Below, piece by piece: positions 53,501 to 64,000 of a stretch of 64,000 bases of DNA. A program made the position numbers and the translations under genes. Position 1 is the stretch's first letter; each line of letters starts with the position of its first letter. Location of the stretch: NCBI GenBank assembly GCA_051294375.1, contig CM119264.1, positions 16,093,245-16,157,244 of the forward strand, in the 5' to 3' direction. A model generated the notes under the pieces. The model was not told the DNA's origin. It worked only from the letters and a program-made list of their open reading frames with translations, and did not search any database. The stretch is from Paraspadella gotoi (lineage: Eukaryota; Animalia; Chaetognatha).

Positions 53501-55211
53501 TATCGTGAGTACTCCATGGGTATTAGCGTATCAAGTGGTTTTTATCATCTTTTTTAATAATTTCGCATATGATATTTTTTGAACGTTAGATTGCGCACCG
53601 GTTTTCAGTTCGCGAATTAGAAGTATATTTTTCTTCATTCTCTCTCGGGGGGGGACGATATATTGAAGGAGCTGGTCATCCGAGGACTCCCGATGACATG
53701 ATATGTGACATGACATGTCTGACATGATATTTTTTTTCAGATTAGGGGCAAAGGAGGGTCCTTGGCAAGCAGAGAAAAGGATTTATCCCCTATAAAGTAA
53801 ACCAGGTTTGTATTGTTACTGCATAATGTAATGAAATAAAATAAAATAAAATAAAATCTTGGCACTTTTTCCCATCAATGCCTAGGACTAGTATGACTAA
53901 GCTCTGATGAAAAAAGCCAAAGGTTTTTTTAATATATTATTATACCGGCCAATGTAAAATGATGGCAATATTGCTATTGTTAAGTTTCAAAAAAATCCGA
54001 CCATAAATATAGAAAATATTAACCAAAAGCTTCGGAAAATCCACCCCTTCTTTGGAAGATTTTCGCCATAGAAAATTTTTTCCGAATATGACTCCCGGTT
54101 GAAAACTTTTAGAATTCCAATCGTCAGCTCCTCTTTTACTTAAACTAAACAAAATAAACTAATTCACTTTTCCATGATCATATCATATCAAAATAACCAA
54201 ATAAAATGTAAAAAAAATTTTGAAAGCCTTTCAGACACTTTGTCGGAGGATTCCTGAATTTGACATCATTTGTTGAACAGGAAAATACCTCAGTCATGTT
54301 TATATCATTTCAAGGAAAAAAATCCACTTTTTGCAATATTGCTAGAATATTACCTTCAAAATTGATTAATTTGAAGCCTAAGACAAAGTGGGCTCGATTA
54401 CGGATTAATTGAAATCATCTGCTGCATTTTCTAATCAAGAATAAATATCATTTTTGCTACTTTAAATTAAAAATATTATGTCCATTTTTGTCCATTTTCA
54501 CTTTTGTCTTGAGATTTGAACGCCAAGATCATTGAAGAAAATTTTTTTACTCCGGCTTTGGGGTCCTTCTTATCTTCTTTACCTCTGAGTCGGTTCATTT
54601 TCAGTTGGTCATCTATTGTTTACCTATGAATTAATTTTTAAATTGACTGGTCAAAAACTTACATTTTTATATTTTTATTCAATTTGTTAAACAAAATACT
54701 TCAAATGTTCACAATTCTAATAAAATATTCCCTATGAACGGTGCTTCTGGTACCTAAAAAATTAGGGCAAAATATTTAATATTTTTGCTGCAAAAAAATT
54801 TTTAAGTCAACTTTTAATTTGTGAGGTTCGTTTTATTTGAACTAAAACTCGTTTTTATCTCATTTTATAGTTTTAACAGAGTATAAACATACTAAGGTTG
54901 ACGAATTAAAAAAAACCGCCTTCTTTTATTGAAAGGGGAAGCATCAGAAAATTAATTTCTTCTCAATCGACAGCTTTTTGCGGAAAAAATTTCCGCAAAA
55001 ATCTGTAGATTTTTTAATCTGCTTGGCAACCAAACTTTGAATAAAATCATACGCTACCGAAGATTTAATTAATTAAATTAAGAGAGAAAAAGTTTATTTT
55101 TGTTTACAAACAACGACTTTTATTTTTGAAACGGACATGTTTCGACTCTTTTTCGAGTCTTCTTCAGCGCAGTGTGAATTTTATAAGAAATTTTGTCAAA
55201 CATGATAGAAG

Positions 55212-55300
<89 letters not shown>

Positions 55301-56730
55301 CGTCCACCAAAGAATTGAGTAATGGATAGTATTGAAGGTGAGGACAGCTGAAGGACAGAAGTTATTGACTATGTCGAAATAAAATAAATTTTAACGCTTA
55401 TTATGGGGGCGTGAAGCATCAAAATACTTCACACAGAGAGAAAGAGAATAAGAGAGAGTCAGAGCAAAAGTTCGAAAAAGAAAGAAATTAAAAAAAAAAA
55501 TGGAAAACAAGAAAAAAGTTTCATAATATAGTGTGCCGATTTTTTGCCTAAGCAGTAGTATATCTAAAAAACGCAACAGTTCTTACGAGCAATTTTATCT
55601 TTAAAAGTTGTTCTTACCATGAAAAATCGTTTTTCGTTTCTTCTTAATAAAGGCTGATACCGTAATTCGTGAAAGAAATAATGTTTTACCGTATTTTGAA
55701 AGCATAGAAATTCACCCAGTGAGTTCTATGTTATAAGGAAAAGATAACTAATGCCAACCGTTTTTTTAAATAGTGTTTCATATTTATCAGTGGGAAAAAA
55801 GAATTAATAGTTATTTAAGTTCCAATTTCATTATTGAAAATACCCAAAGCAAAATCACTGCCTTACATATAATTAAAAAAATATTTTTTGTGATTACTGA
55901 TAACTACGATGAATTTATTGATGTATCAGCTCTAATACATCAAAGATTACGCATTGTTAAGGTGAATGAACCTCCCTCTTAACGGAGACGGCCTATTCTT
56001 AACATTTGTCTTTGGAGCACCTACCTGAGAAAAAAAACAAACGAAAAAATGGGAAATCGTTTTTCGAGATTCGATTTTTGTTTTTTTTTTATCCCCGAAA
56101 TCGACAACAGTCTTGCTGCATTGTTTGCAAGTGAAAGAGAAAGAAAATGGGAGAGCGAGAGGGTGCTCGAGGGGAGGTAAAGAAAGAACGAGATGCCTCG
56201 CTTTATTTATGACGAGTTAAAAAGCCCCCACTGCAATTGAGAGAATCAAGTCGGAAAATACTTCAGGTTGGGTCGAGAGCCAGACGCGTTAACTTTATGT
56301 CGTAATCTTATTAATCTTAATGTCTCAGGACCACGCATTTTTATCGCAGAAAAAAAAAATCGGCGAATCGATCATAAATGAGGCTAAGGATATTGTGAGT
56401 TCAGGATCGAAACAGGTAAAGTCTCACTGAAGTTCGAGATGGATGATGTTTTAATCAGGATTCGAAAGGATCGAGAGACAAAACGGACTGGCTCGTCAAT
56501 CAACCGGCGTGAATAAGAAGACTTTCGTAATATATTGAGAGGCAGAAAATGTTATACACTTCTAAAAGCAATATATTGTTTTGCCAGTGTCCTATCCGTG
56601 AGTAACCACTGATCATAGCCAGTATCAAGTGGTTTTAATCAATCTTTTTTAATAATTTTCGCAATATAATATTTTTGAAAAACTTGATTGGCGGAGTTTT
56701 CAGTTCTGCGAAATAGAAGTATTCAATTTT
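50578..56730. repeat. ~3.08 kb tandem duplication (50578-53658 versus 53659-56730); second copy rich in 1-2 bp indels
   Basis: Both units start ATTGAAGG(G)AGCTGGTCATC.GAGG.TCC.GATGACATG and are collinear throughout. Confidence 0.9.
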
Positions 56731-57232
56731 CCTTCTATATTTGCCATATTTTTTAAAGCTAACTAACGTTTGTTTTAGGAATAATAAAAAAATATTATTT
56801 GTCTATATTTTCGTTGCTTTTCAAGAACAAATTCATCGAATATTAATACAAAGGTCAACAAAAATAGCGGGGAACGAGAGAAACAGATCAAATGAGATGG
56901 GATTTAAGAAATAATTATTGAGCCGTCAAACGGCTAAAAATAATGAGAAAGTGAACAAAATGCCACAGTCCACACATTAAATTAAAACATTACTTGAACC
57001 TTTATGCAAATTTTTTCATAAAAAGTTGATAGTGGCATTTTGAGCAAGCGACAGGAAATGACGATCAAAGGTTTTAAAATCCTGGATCAAACACATTTTA
57101 GGGTTTCCTCCACGGGTCTCGTTGACGGGCTAAAATGTTTCGGCTCTGTACATTTTGTAATAAAACATAAAACGTACAACTAAAAGAAAACCACGATAAT
57201 TAATAAGAGCAAAACGAAAAAAAAAAAATCGG

Positions 57233-60200
57233 CTACTCGTCATCCTCGTCTTCTTCTTCTTCCTCCTCTTCCTCTTCTTCCTCCTCTTCTACAACTGGGG
57301 TCGGATTTGTCATTTGTTTCAGTTTCTTGCCTCCTCCCCGATAAGCGGCCATTTCCTGCTCGTACCGGGCCTTGTCCTGTTCCGCTCGCTGTTCGTATAA
57401 CTTCTTATTTTCTGGCGGAATTTGCGACCATCGGGCGCCCAAGATTTTTGCCACCTGAGAGAGCAGGATTCATTAGGATATTCTCATTCATTTGAAACTC
57501 ATAAAAGTGGCAGTCAAAACTTCTGGTCAACATGAGAGTTCTCTCTTTTTTTCCTAAATCAAACCTCGCCGACGGAGAGGGTGGGATCTTTCTGTTTGAT
57601 AGCGCCTCGTTCGTCGGCACAGAAAAAGAAGAAAGCAGAAAGCGCGCGCTTCGGCTGAAAAAAAAATTAAAGATCTTTAATTTATTATGTCCAAAAAACT
57701 ATATTAGAAAAAAAATAATAAACGCTTAAGACCAAATGACAATACACTATAATTATTGAAGCAAACTTTTCTAGTTTCAGTATGAAAGAGTTACCATAAA
57801 GCCAGCAAACTATTTTCGAAGTTGAAAAAAAAAATGAAATAAGTAAAACTTCATCTAGCAGAAACTTACCATGTTAGGATCCTTCTTATTCTTCTTCCTC
57901 TTGTGACCACCAACAGGAACGTAAGTGGCCATCTCAGCTTCGTGACGCTTTTTATCCTTCAAAGAATACGAATGGCGACGGATTAAGACGACGTAGTTTA
58001 AATGCAGTTTAAACCTCTTGTAAAATTAAACTTCTTTAAATTTCTTTTTAAAGACCATAAAATTTATCGCATTACCTATTTTTAGTCGGATTTGCATATC
58101 GCAGATTCCAACTCTATAATTCACTTTGTCGGTCCGTCTATCCACTCCCCTAATCTTGTCGGTCATTCACTAAGATCATCTCAGAACCTCAAATTATGAT
58201 AAATTATGCAAAAAAATTTTACGAATGAAATTTTGTGTGTGGGTAGGAAAGTGTATGATCGAGTAAGATATGAAGTTTCGATGTAATCGTCCGAGTGGAA
58301 ATGAGTTCAAATGGAAAAAAATAAAACAATATATTTCACTATTTGAATGCCAATTACTCGAGAGTGGATGGGGCAATTGACTTTAATTTTTTTATGTTTA
58401 TTTTTTTTAATCGTTTAAGTGGAAATGAGTTTAAATGGAAAAAAAACAAAAAACTTGTTTCACTAATTGATTATGCTTCTTTTTCTTTTTATATTAAATG
58501 TAAATGCAAGAAGTATTAATTATTCAGTTAATTAATCATTAGTTAAATAATCAGTCAATCAATCAATATATGATTCAATAAATCAATTTATCTATTAATT
58601 TAATTATTCAATCAATCAATCAATCAGGTTAGTCAATCGTTATTGGCATTATTGTCGTCGTCGCCATCAACGGCATCGTTGCATTTGTCGTGATCACAGA
58701 TCAGTGACGAAAAGATCTAAAAACAAACATTTTGGATCAAATTAATTAATTAATTAATTAATAAATTAATTACGGCTATGATCCTGGGCAGATCCGACAT
58801 TGTTTGCTCAAACTTGTTTTCTATTTTCGTTCTTAAAAGTATAGTGATCTCGCCAGACGTCAGACAGGAAAATTAATGAAAAAATGCAGAAAAAAACAAA
58901 TGATTGATGTAATAATAAGTAATTGATTGATTGATGTAATAATAATTAATTGATTGCTGTAATAATAAATAATTGATTGATATAATAATATTGTTTAATT
59001 AATATTATAATTGATGTAATAGTAATTTATTAATGCGATGATAACTAATTATTAATGCCATATTGATAAATAAATATTGAATCGATGATAGTCATTCATT
59101 GATGCGATGATAGTCATTAATTGATTGCGATGATAGTCATTCATTGATGGAATGATAGTCATTCATTGATTGCGATGATAGTCATTCATTGATTGCGATG
59201 ATAGTCATTCATTGATGCGATGATAGTCATTCTGATGAGCGGAGTTTCCGTCTCTTGCTCACCCTTCTGAGAGTATCAATATCGCAGGATTTAATGAGTC
59301 TTTAGAGAAGAAACTGGATGTAAGCAAAAGGCAAGCATCAGTAAGCAATAGTTATAACAATGACCTCTCAGGTAAGCTCGGCTTAGCAACTCAATACAAA
59401 CAATATAAACCGCCAGAGATAAATAATAAACCATATGAACAAATGCCAAACCATATAAACCCCAACGATGGCTAATTAATATTATTGCAATCTGTATAAA
59501 ACAGAATCCTGATTAAACAAAGGGATGAAATTACAATGAACTGTATTGTTTGTAAACAAATATCGATTGTTTATATTTTTAAACACTTTTATAAAAAGCA
59601 AATAAGATCGACGGATTACGCCGAGAGTAAGTCCAACAGTTCATTGATGCGATGATAATCATTCATTGATGCGATGATAATCATTAATCACAAATAAAAC
59701 ATGCGTGTATGAATGAGAGAGAGAAAGAAAAAGAGAAAAAAAATCTTAAGAATCTTAAGTAATTGCCTCTATATAAACCGCAGTAGTTTTTATAAAAAGA
59801 AAATAAGCGTGACGACGACGCCAACGGCACAAAGAAGTAATTCTAAATTACAGAAGGCTTCATATTATAAAATGTGGTACTATGGCAACAGCCGGGTTGC
59901 CTGTGATGCCCATTGGGATGGGGCATCTCACTGTTGGCTTTGGGGGCTTCCGACCCTCTGTGACGCCTCCTGTCACTGGCGCGGTTACCCTAGGAGTCTC
60001 GCTTTGCCAACGCAGAGGGAAGTCGTTAGGACTGTGGGGAACTACGCTGGGATGGTGTGTTCCCCCTCTGAGCCAATGGATTTGGCTGAACGATGGTTGA
60101 CGTGAGGCGGTGTGAATATACCGCCACAGGGTCCCCGGACCAAGACATAACTCAGGTTCCTCAGCCTGAGAGGTGTCTGACAAGACTGTCACCATAGTGG

Positions 60201-62346
60201 GAGAGAGAGAGCGCGCGAGTTGTGGGGTAGGTTCAGGTAAGGGCGTTTGTCGTAGCGTACCCGAAGTCGGCAGGGCATAGGCGTTTGTTGTAGCGTACCC
60301 TGAGAAGGTTGCGTGTCCGATAGAAGGGCTCACACTTATGGCAACAGCCGGGTTGCTGTGATGCCCATTGGGATGGGCATCTCACTGTTGGCTTTGGGGG
60401 CTTCCGACCTCAGTGACGCCTCCTGTCACTGGCGCGGTTACCTAGGACGATCTCGCTTTGCCAACGCAGAGGGAAGTCGTTAGGACTGTGGATGGAACAC
60501 TACGCCTGGGATGGTGTGTTCCCCCTCTGAGCCAATGGATTTGGCTGAACGATGGTGGACGTGAGGCGGTGTGAATATACCGCCACAGTACCCCTTTTTT
60601 GTGACCAGAATCTGTTCACACAAACTACCGAGAATTTAATGAAATTTTACATTTAGAGTGCTAATGTCTATAGAAATGGAACTATCGAGGCGAATATTGA
60701 TATTCAACCCCTGAGAAGAGATACAGGGCCCTGGGGTAGACCCCTGGGGGGCCAAAAAATTCTAAAAATTTTTTTTTTTATTTTTCCAAATTTTTTAGTA
60801 GCATCAGGTGCATTGACGTTTTAAACATAAGAAAAAAACATTTTAGAACTAAAATTGATAAATTTGCCATAATTAAGCATGGTTGAAGATGCATGGTTTT
60901 ACTTCAAATTTTCCAAAATTATTCCAAATCTGACTTTAGATGCTGATGTTCATTAAGCTAAAAATTAAAGTAAATAAATATTTTTGAGGTAATAAATACG
61001 TTTTTGTGGAAGAGTAAACGTCTGTGCAACTGTTCAAAACAAAAAATGAAATTCGCCTTGTTCTATTTGTATTTACATAGGGATCGTTCATTCCAAATTT
61101 CAATAAATTTGGTCCAGTAGTTTTCTCGGAACGAGTTCTGGTCACAAAAAGGGATACCTCATTTTATAATATGAAGCCTTCTGTATCACGCCAACACTGG
61201 TGAGATAAAAAAATAATTAAAAACTGGATAACTTTACTATTCGATGTCCGCAACCATCTTTAGCTACCACCGGTCGGTGTTTTGTTAATCCATTTAATTT
61301 TGTTTTCCCTCTAGCGTCGAGTCTCAGTTTGCGAAATAATATACATTTTTTTTGTTCAGTAATATAAATTTTATAATCAATAATATTTTTTTAAATTTAT
61401 TTTAATTGCTATTTTTTTGTTTGAGGTAGAAAATGAATTGTTTACGTACAAGTTTTATGAAGAAACAAATTTCAGACATGTTTCTGCTTCAATATAAGCT
61501 TTCATCAGCGCAAAAACAGATTTGTGAAACAAATATTTTACAGACTCTTTCTCTCTCACTTTCTTTCTTCAAACTTTAAAATTTGTGAAAATATTTCTTT
61601 CACAAATCAATTCGTTTTTGCGCTGATGAAGGTTTACATTGAAGCCGAAACATTTGTTTCTTAATAAAACTCGTATGTAAACAAACAAGGAAAACAAAGG
61701 AAAGGAAAAACAATATTTTATATTATATTTTTTAAACGGTAGCGAGATTTCTATATGTCGCTCATAAAAAGGGGAAAAAAATAACCGACCGCAAAATCCC
61801 GGTCGGCGAAAGTAAAAATAAGCCTAAAACTTCTAATAAGTAATCAAAAGAAGGTAAACTTTTCATTAAATATTTAATATATAATTATATAATTTTTTTA
61901 AATACGATTCTATATTCAGGTTAATTTTGAAAATCTTCGACGATGAAAAAGAAAGTTGCTCACTTGTTCGGCCATGTCGTAAAACCTTTTCTTTTCCTTA
62001 TCATTCATCGCCTTCCATCTCTCGGCACATTTCTTGGAAAATTCCGCGAACACAACTAAAGGCAAACAAAGTAACAGGTAAAATTATAACCAGCAAAAAA
62101 TTCTTATTAATTCTGTCTCGCTATAAGACAGGTTCATCGTAATAAAATAAAAAAAATAAAAAAAATCACGGCAGCCAGTTTAGATTTTACAACTTGTAAA
62201 AAAAAGATGCCATCGATAATATTGGTTTAAAGAAATTGCTTACCCGACTGATTCGGATGTTTCCGCTTGTGTTCCTCGCGGCAAAGTTGCACGAAAAACG
62301 CATAAGCGGACATCTTCCCGCGCGGCTTGTTGTGGTCCTTCGGCAT
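57233..62346 (-). CDS. HMGB: High mobility group protein B (two HMG boxes plus acidic tail)
   Basis: Exons 62346-62245 ([31 protein letters not shown]), ~62058-61963 ([13 protein letters not shown]), ~57957-57870 (KKDPN), ~57655-57565 ([12 protein letters not shown]) and 57455-57233 (VAKILGARW...[10 protein letters not shown]). Confidence 0.95.
58081..58820 (+). mobile_element. Helentron-associated (DINE-1/HINE-like) element in HMGB intron 2
   Basis: 5' TTTTAGTCGGATTTGC...GCAGATTCCAAC and 3' GGGCAGATCCGACATTGTTTGCTCAAACTTGTTTT. Same family as 17186-18272. Confidence 0.65.
59234..59638. mobile_element. Possible solo LTR inserted into the minisatellite
   Basis: A unique ~405 bp block with TG...CA ends (TGATG / CAACA) interrupts the GATAGTCATTCATT array. 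The flanks ATTC and GTTC are a near-match 4 bp duplication. Confidence 0.35.
59851..61183. mobile_element. Tc1/mariner-type MITE with ~55 bp TIRs and TA target duplication
   Basis: TA|CAGAAGGCTTCATATTATAAAATGTGGTAC..CCTTTTTTGTGACCAGAA mirrors TTCTGGTCACAAAAAGGGATACCTCATTTTATAATATGAAGCCTTCTG|TA. Confidence 0.8.
59881..60587 (-). mobile_element. TRIM-like miniature LTR retroelement (two ~250 bp LTRs, 208 bp interior, GTAC target duplication)
   Basis: Direct repeats at 59881-60128 and 60337-60587. GTAC occurs at 59877-59880 and 60588-60591. Removing the element restores the host MITE's left TIR. Strand inferred only from the TGTGG terminus. Confidence 0.8.
61438..61685. ncRNA. Inverted pair of minimal hammerhead ribozyme-like motifs (Penelope-like element remnant)
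   Basis: Minus 61508-61475 reads CUGAUGA-AA-GCUU-AUAUUG-AAGC-A-GAAACAUGUC. Plus 61623-61657 reads CUGAUGA-A-GGUUU-ACAUUG-AAGCC-GAAACAUUUGU. The two ~100 bp arms form an imperfect inverted repeat. Confidence 0.55.
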
Positions 62347-62624
62347 CTTTCCTTTACTCTTGCTCAAATATTTGAGAATTTTTTCTAAGTTCAGAAATGA
62401 AAGCGATAAAGACAAGAGAGTATTTAGACGAAAGCAGCTTCACTCGTCCCAATAAATTTTAAAGATAATAAAAAACATGGCACACAGAAGTCGGGTGATG
62501 GAATCACGGTGCCATGGGATATTCGCGCACCGAGAAAATTTGCCTTTTTTTTCTTTGAAAAAATCAACAGTAATAATAAAGGGCTTACGAATAACGAAAA
62601 GATTTGGATATGGAGAAATTGAAA

Positions 62625-62805
62625 CCTGCGATTGGTTAAACGCACCGAGAAAAGCCGAAATTTTAGTGCGACCATTGGTCGGACTCTGACTGACAACTGT
62701 AAGATTCAGCTAGAATCGGGAACCAACGAGCCTTGCGAATGCGCTCACAGGGCCAAAGCGTCGCAAGCTAATAAGAGGGAGGGAAAAAGACCGGTGATTG
62801 GTCGA
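62625..62805 (-). promoter_or_regulatory. CCAAT-box cluster upstream of HMGB
   Basis: ATTGG (CCAAT on the minus strand) at about 62630, 62673 and 62797, just upstream of the HMGB start. Confidence 0.5.
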
Positions 62806-64000
62806 ATCCCTTTTTGAATTGCGACTATTCTGGGAACAAAGGGGTTCGTTTACGCTCGCGACGGGCCAGGGGATTTGAAAATTGTGGACGTACTCCTAAC
62901 GAATAAGCGAATCAGAGTTCAGAACAAAAGGCTAAATACCCAATGGTTATGAAGGACCTGCATCGCTCCTGAGGCAACGCTGGATCAAGTCCTACCTTGA
63001 ATCTAAAGAAGAGAGCAGCGAGAAAAGTATAATGAAGTGAAGAATTAGGTTCCCCAGTGGGTTTCATTAACGAAAAACCGCTAAAATAAATCTTATCCTA
63101 AGCCTGAGTTAAGACTATAATTTTAAATATATAAGAATTATCTATAGGAGAACGCTATGAACATTAACTTAATTAAAAGACCTAAAACATTGTGACTAAT
63201 TCACACCGGCACAGTGACAAGGAAAATCTGTCGAGAATTGAAAACGACGAAGGATCTTTCATTTTTCCAGTTGCGATTCTGGTTTAGTAGTTCGTGTTCT
63301 TCCTTGATTCCACGTACGATTCTTTAAATTCAATGTTATAAGCAAAATTTTAACAATTGGTGTGATTTAGATCCATTTTGAGAATTAGATATTTTTCAAT
63401 CTTCTTGATTGAAGTTGACCTAGACAGATGTTACAACACATTTTTTAGAAAGTGTAACCTTCTCATTTTGTCAAATGGCTTCACCAAACGACTCGGTGAA
63501 TTTAAATAATCATTTGAAAATATTTTGACAATTTTATAATTTCATCATGTCAATGAAACAAAAATCCTGAAAACATCACCAAAAAAAAACCTTGAGAAAT
63601 ACTATGCCACACAGCAAAATTACGATAAAATAAACTAAAAAACTTCAAGAGATTAAAAAGATCCAATATAACATCCTAAAAAATGAGATTTTTATAACTA
63701 TAGACATTAATGTATACATTACTGTATCAACAATAACAATAACTGCTTTTGATGCACATATTTCGAAATGTGCAAAAATTAGATCATAAAATTTATCATG
63801 ACTATTAAAATTTAAACTCGAATTTCAGAAGGGAATATTTGTAAACAGTGATGTGCGGATGATTTTGACTAAAAGCGATATAAACGGCAGGATGATACTC
63901 GTGTCTATCACTGGTTTCGACTTTTACGAATGCAAGCACAAATACAAGTTAATTTATAGTAGTTACATGTACAGTTGATTGTGTAGAACAATAATCATTT

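Noticed and set aside
59233-59262. CTGATGA followed by a hairpin, a possible hammerhead
   Set aside because: No GAAA follows stem II; better explained as the terminus of an inserted element.
59713-60333. 130-157 aa ORFs across the LTR repeats
   Set aside because: No gag, RT or integrase motifs, and the frames are not conserved between LTR copies.
62860-63050. Possible exon of a gene divergent from HMGB
   Set aside because: Short open stretch with no convincing start, splice chain or recognisable motif.

Overview
AT-rich, intron-dense animal (probably protostome invertebrate) genomic DNA with GC-richer exons, many (AG)n microsatellites, three N gaps and many small non-autonomous transposons. 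Genes assembled by hand from splice sites, in order: (1) a V8/Trypsin_2-type peptidase-like gene (+); (2) an orphan acidic gene (-); (3) a neuropeptide precursor with repeated W-x10-W-G-R-Q-L-Y-K-R units (+); (4) a long cytosolic carboxypeptidase CCP2/3 (AGBL2/3) gene (-), with a secreted, extremely acidic Cu/Zn-SOD-fold gene (+) nested antisense in one intron; (5) an orphan CxxC gene (-) head-to-head with CCDC81 (+); (6) a divergent NAA50-like GNAT gene (-); (7) HMGB (-). HMGB intron 2 holds a Helentron-type element, a MITE interrupted by a TRIM-like LTR element, and an inverted pair of Penelope-type minimal hammerhead motifs. A 3.1 kb tandem duplication at about 50.6-56.7 kb looks like an assembly artefact. 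The most unusual items are the acidic proteoglycan-like pseudo-SOD precursor and the Wamide/QLY neuropeptide precursor. All family calls come from remembered motifs; no database search was run.
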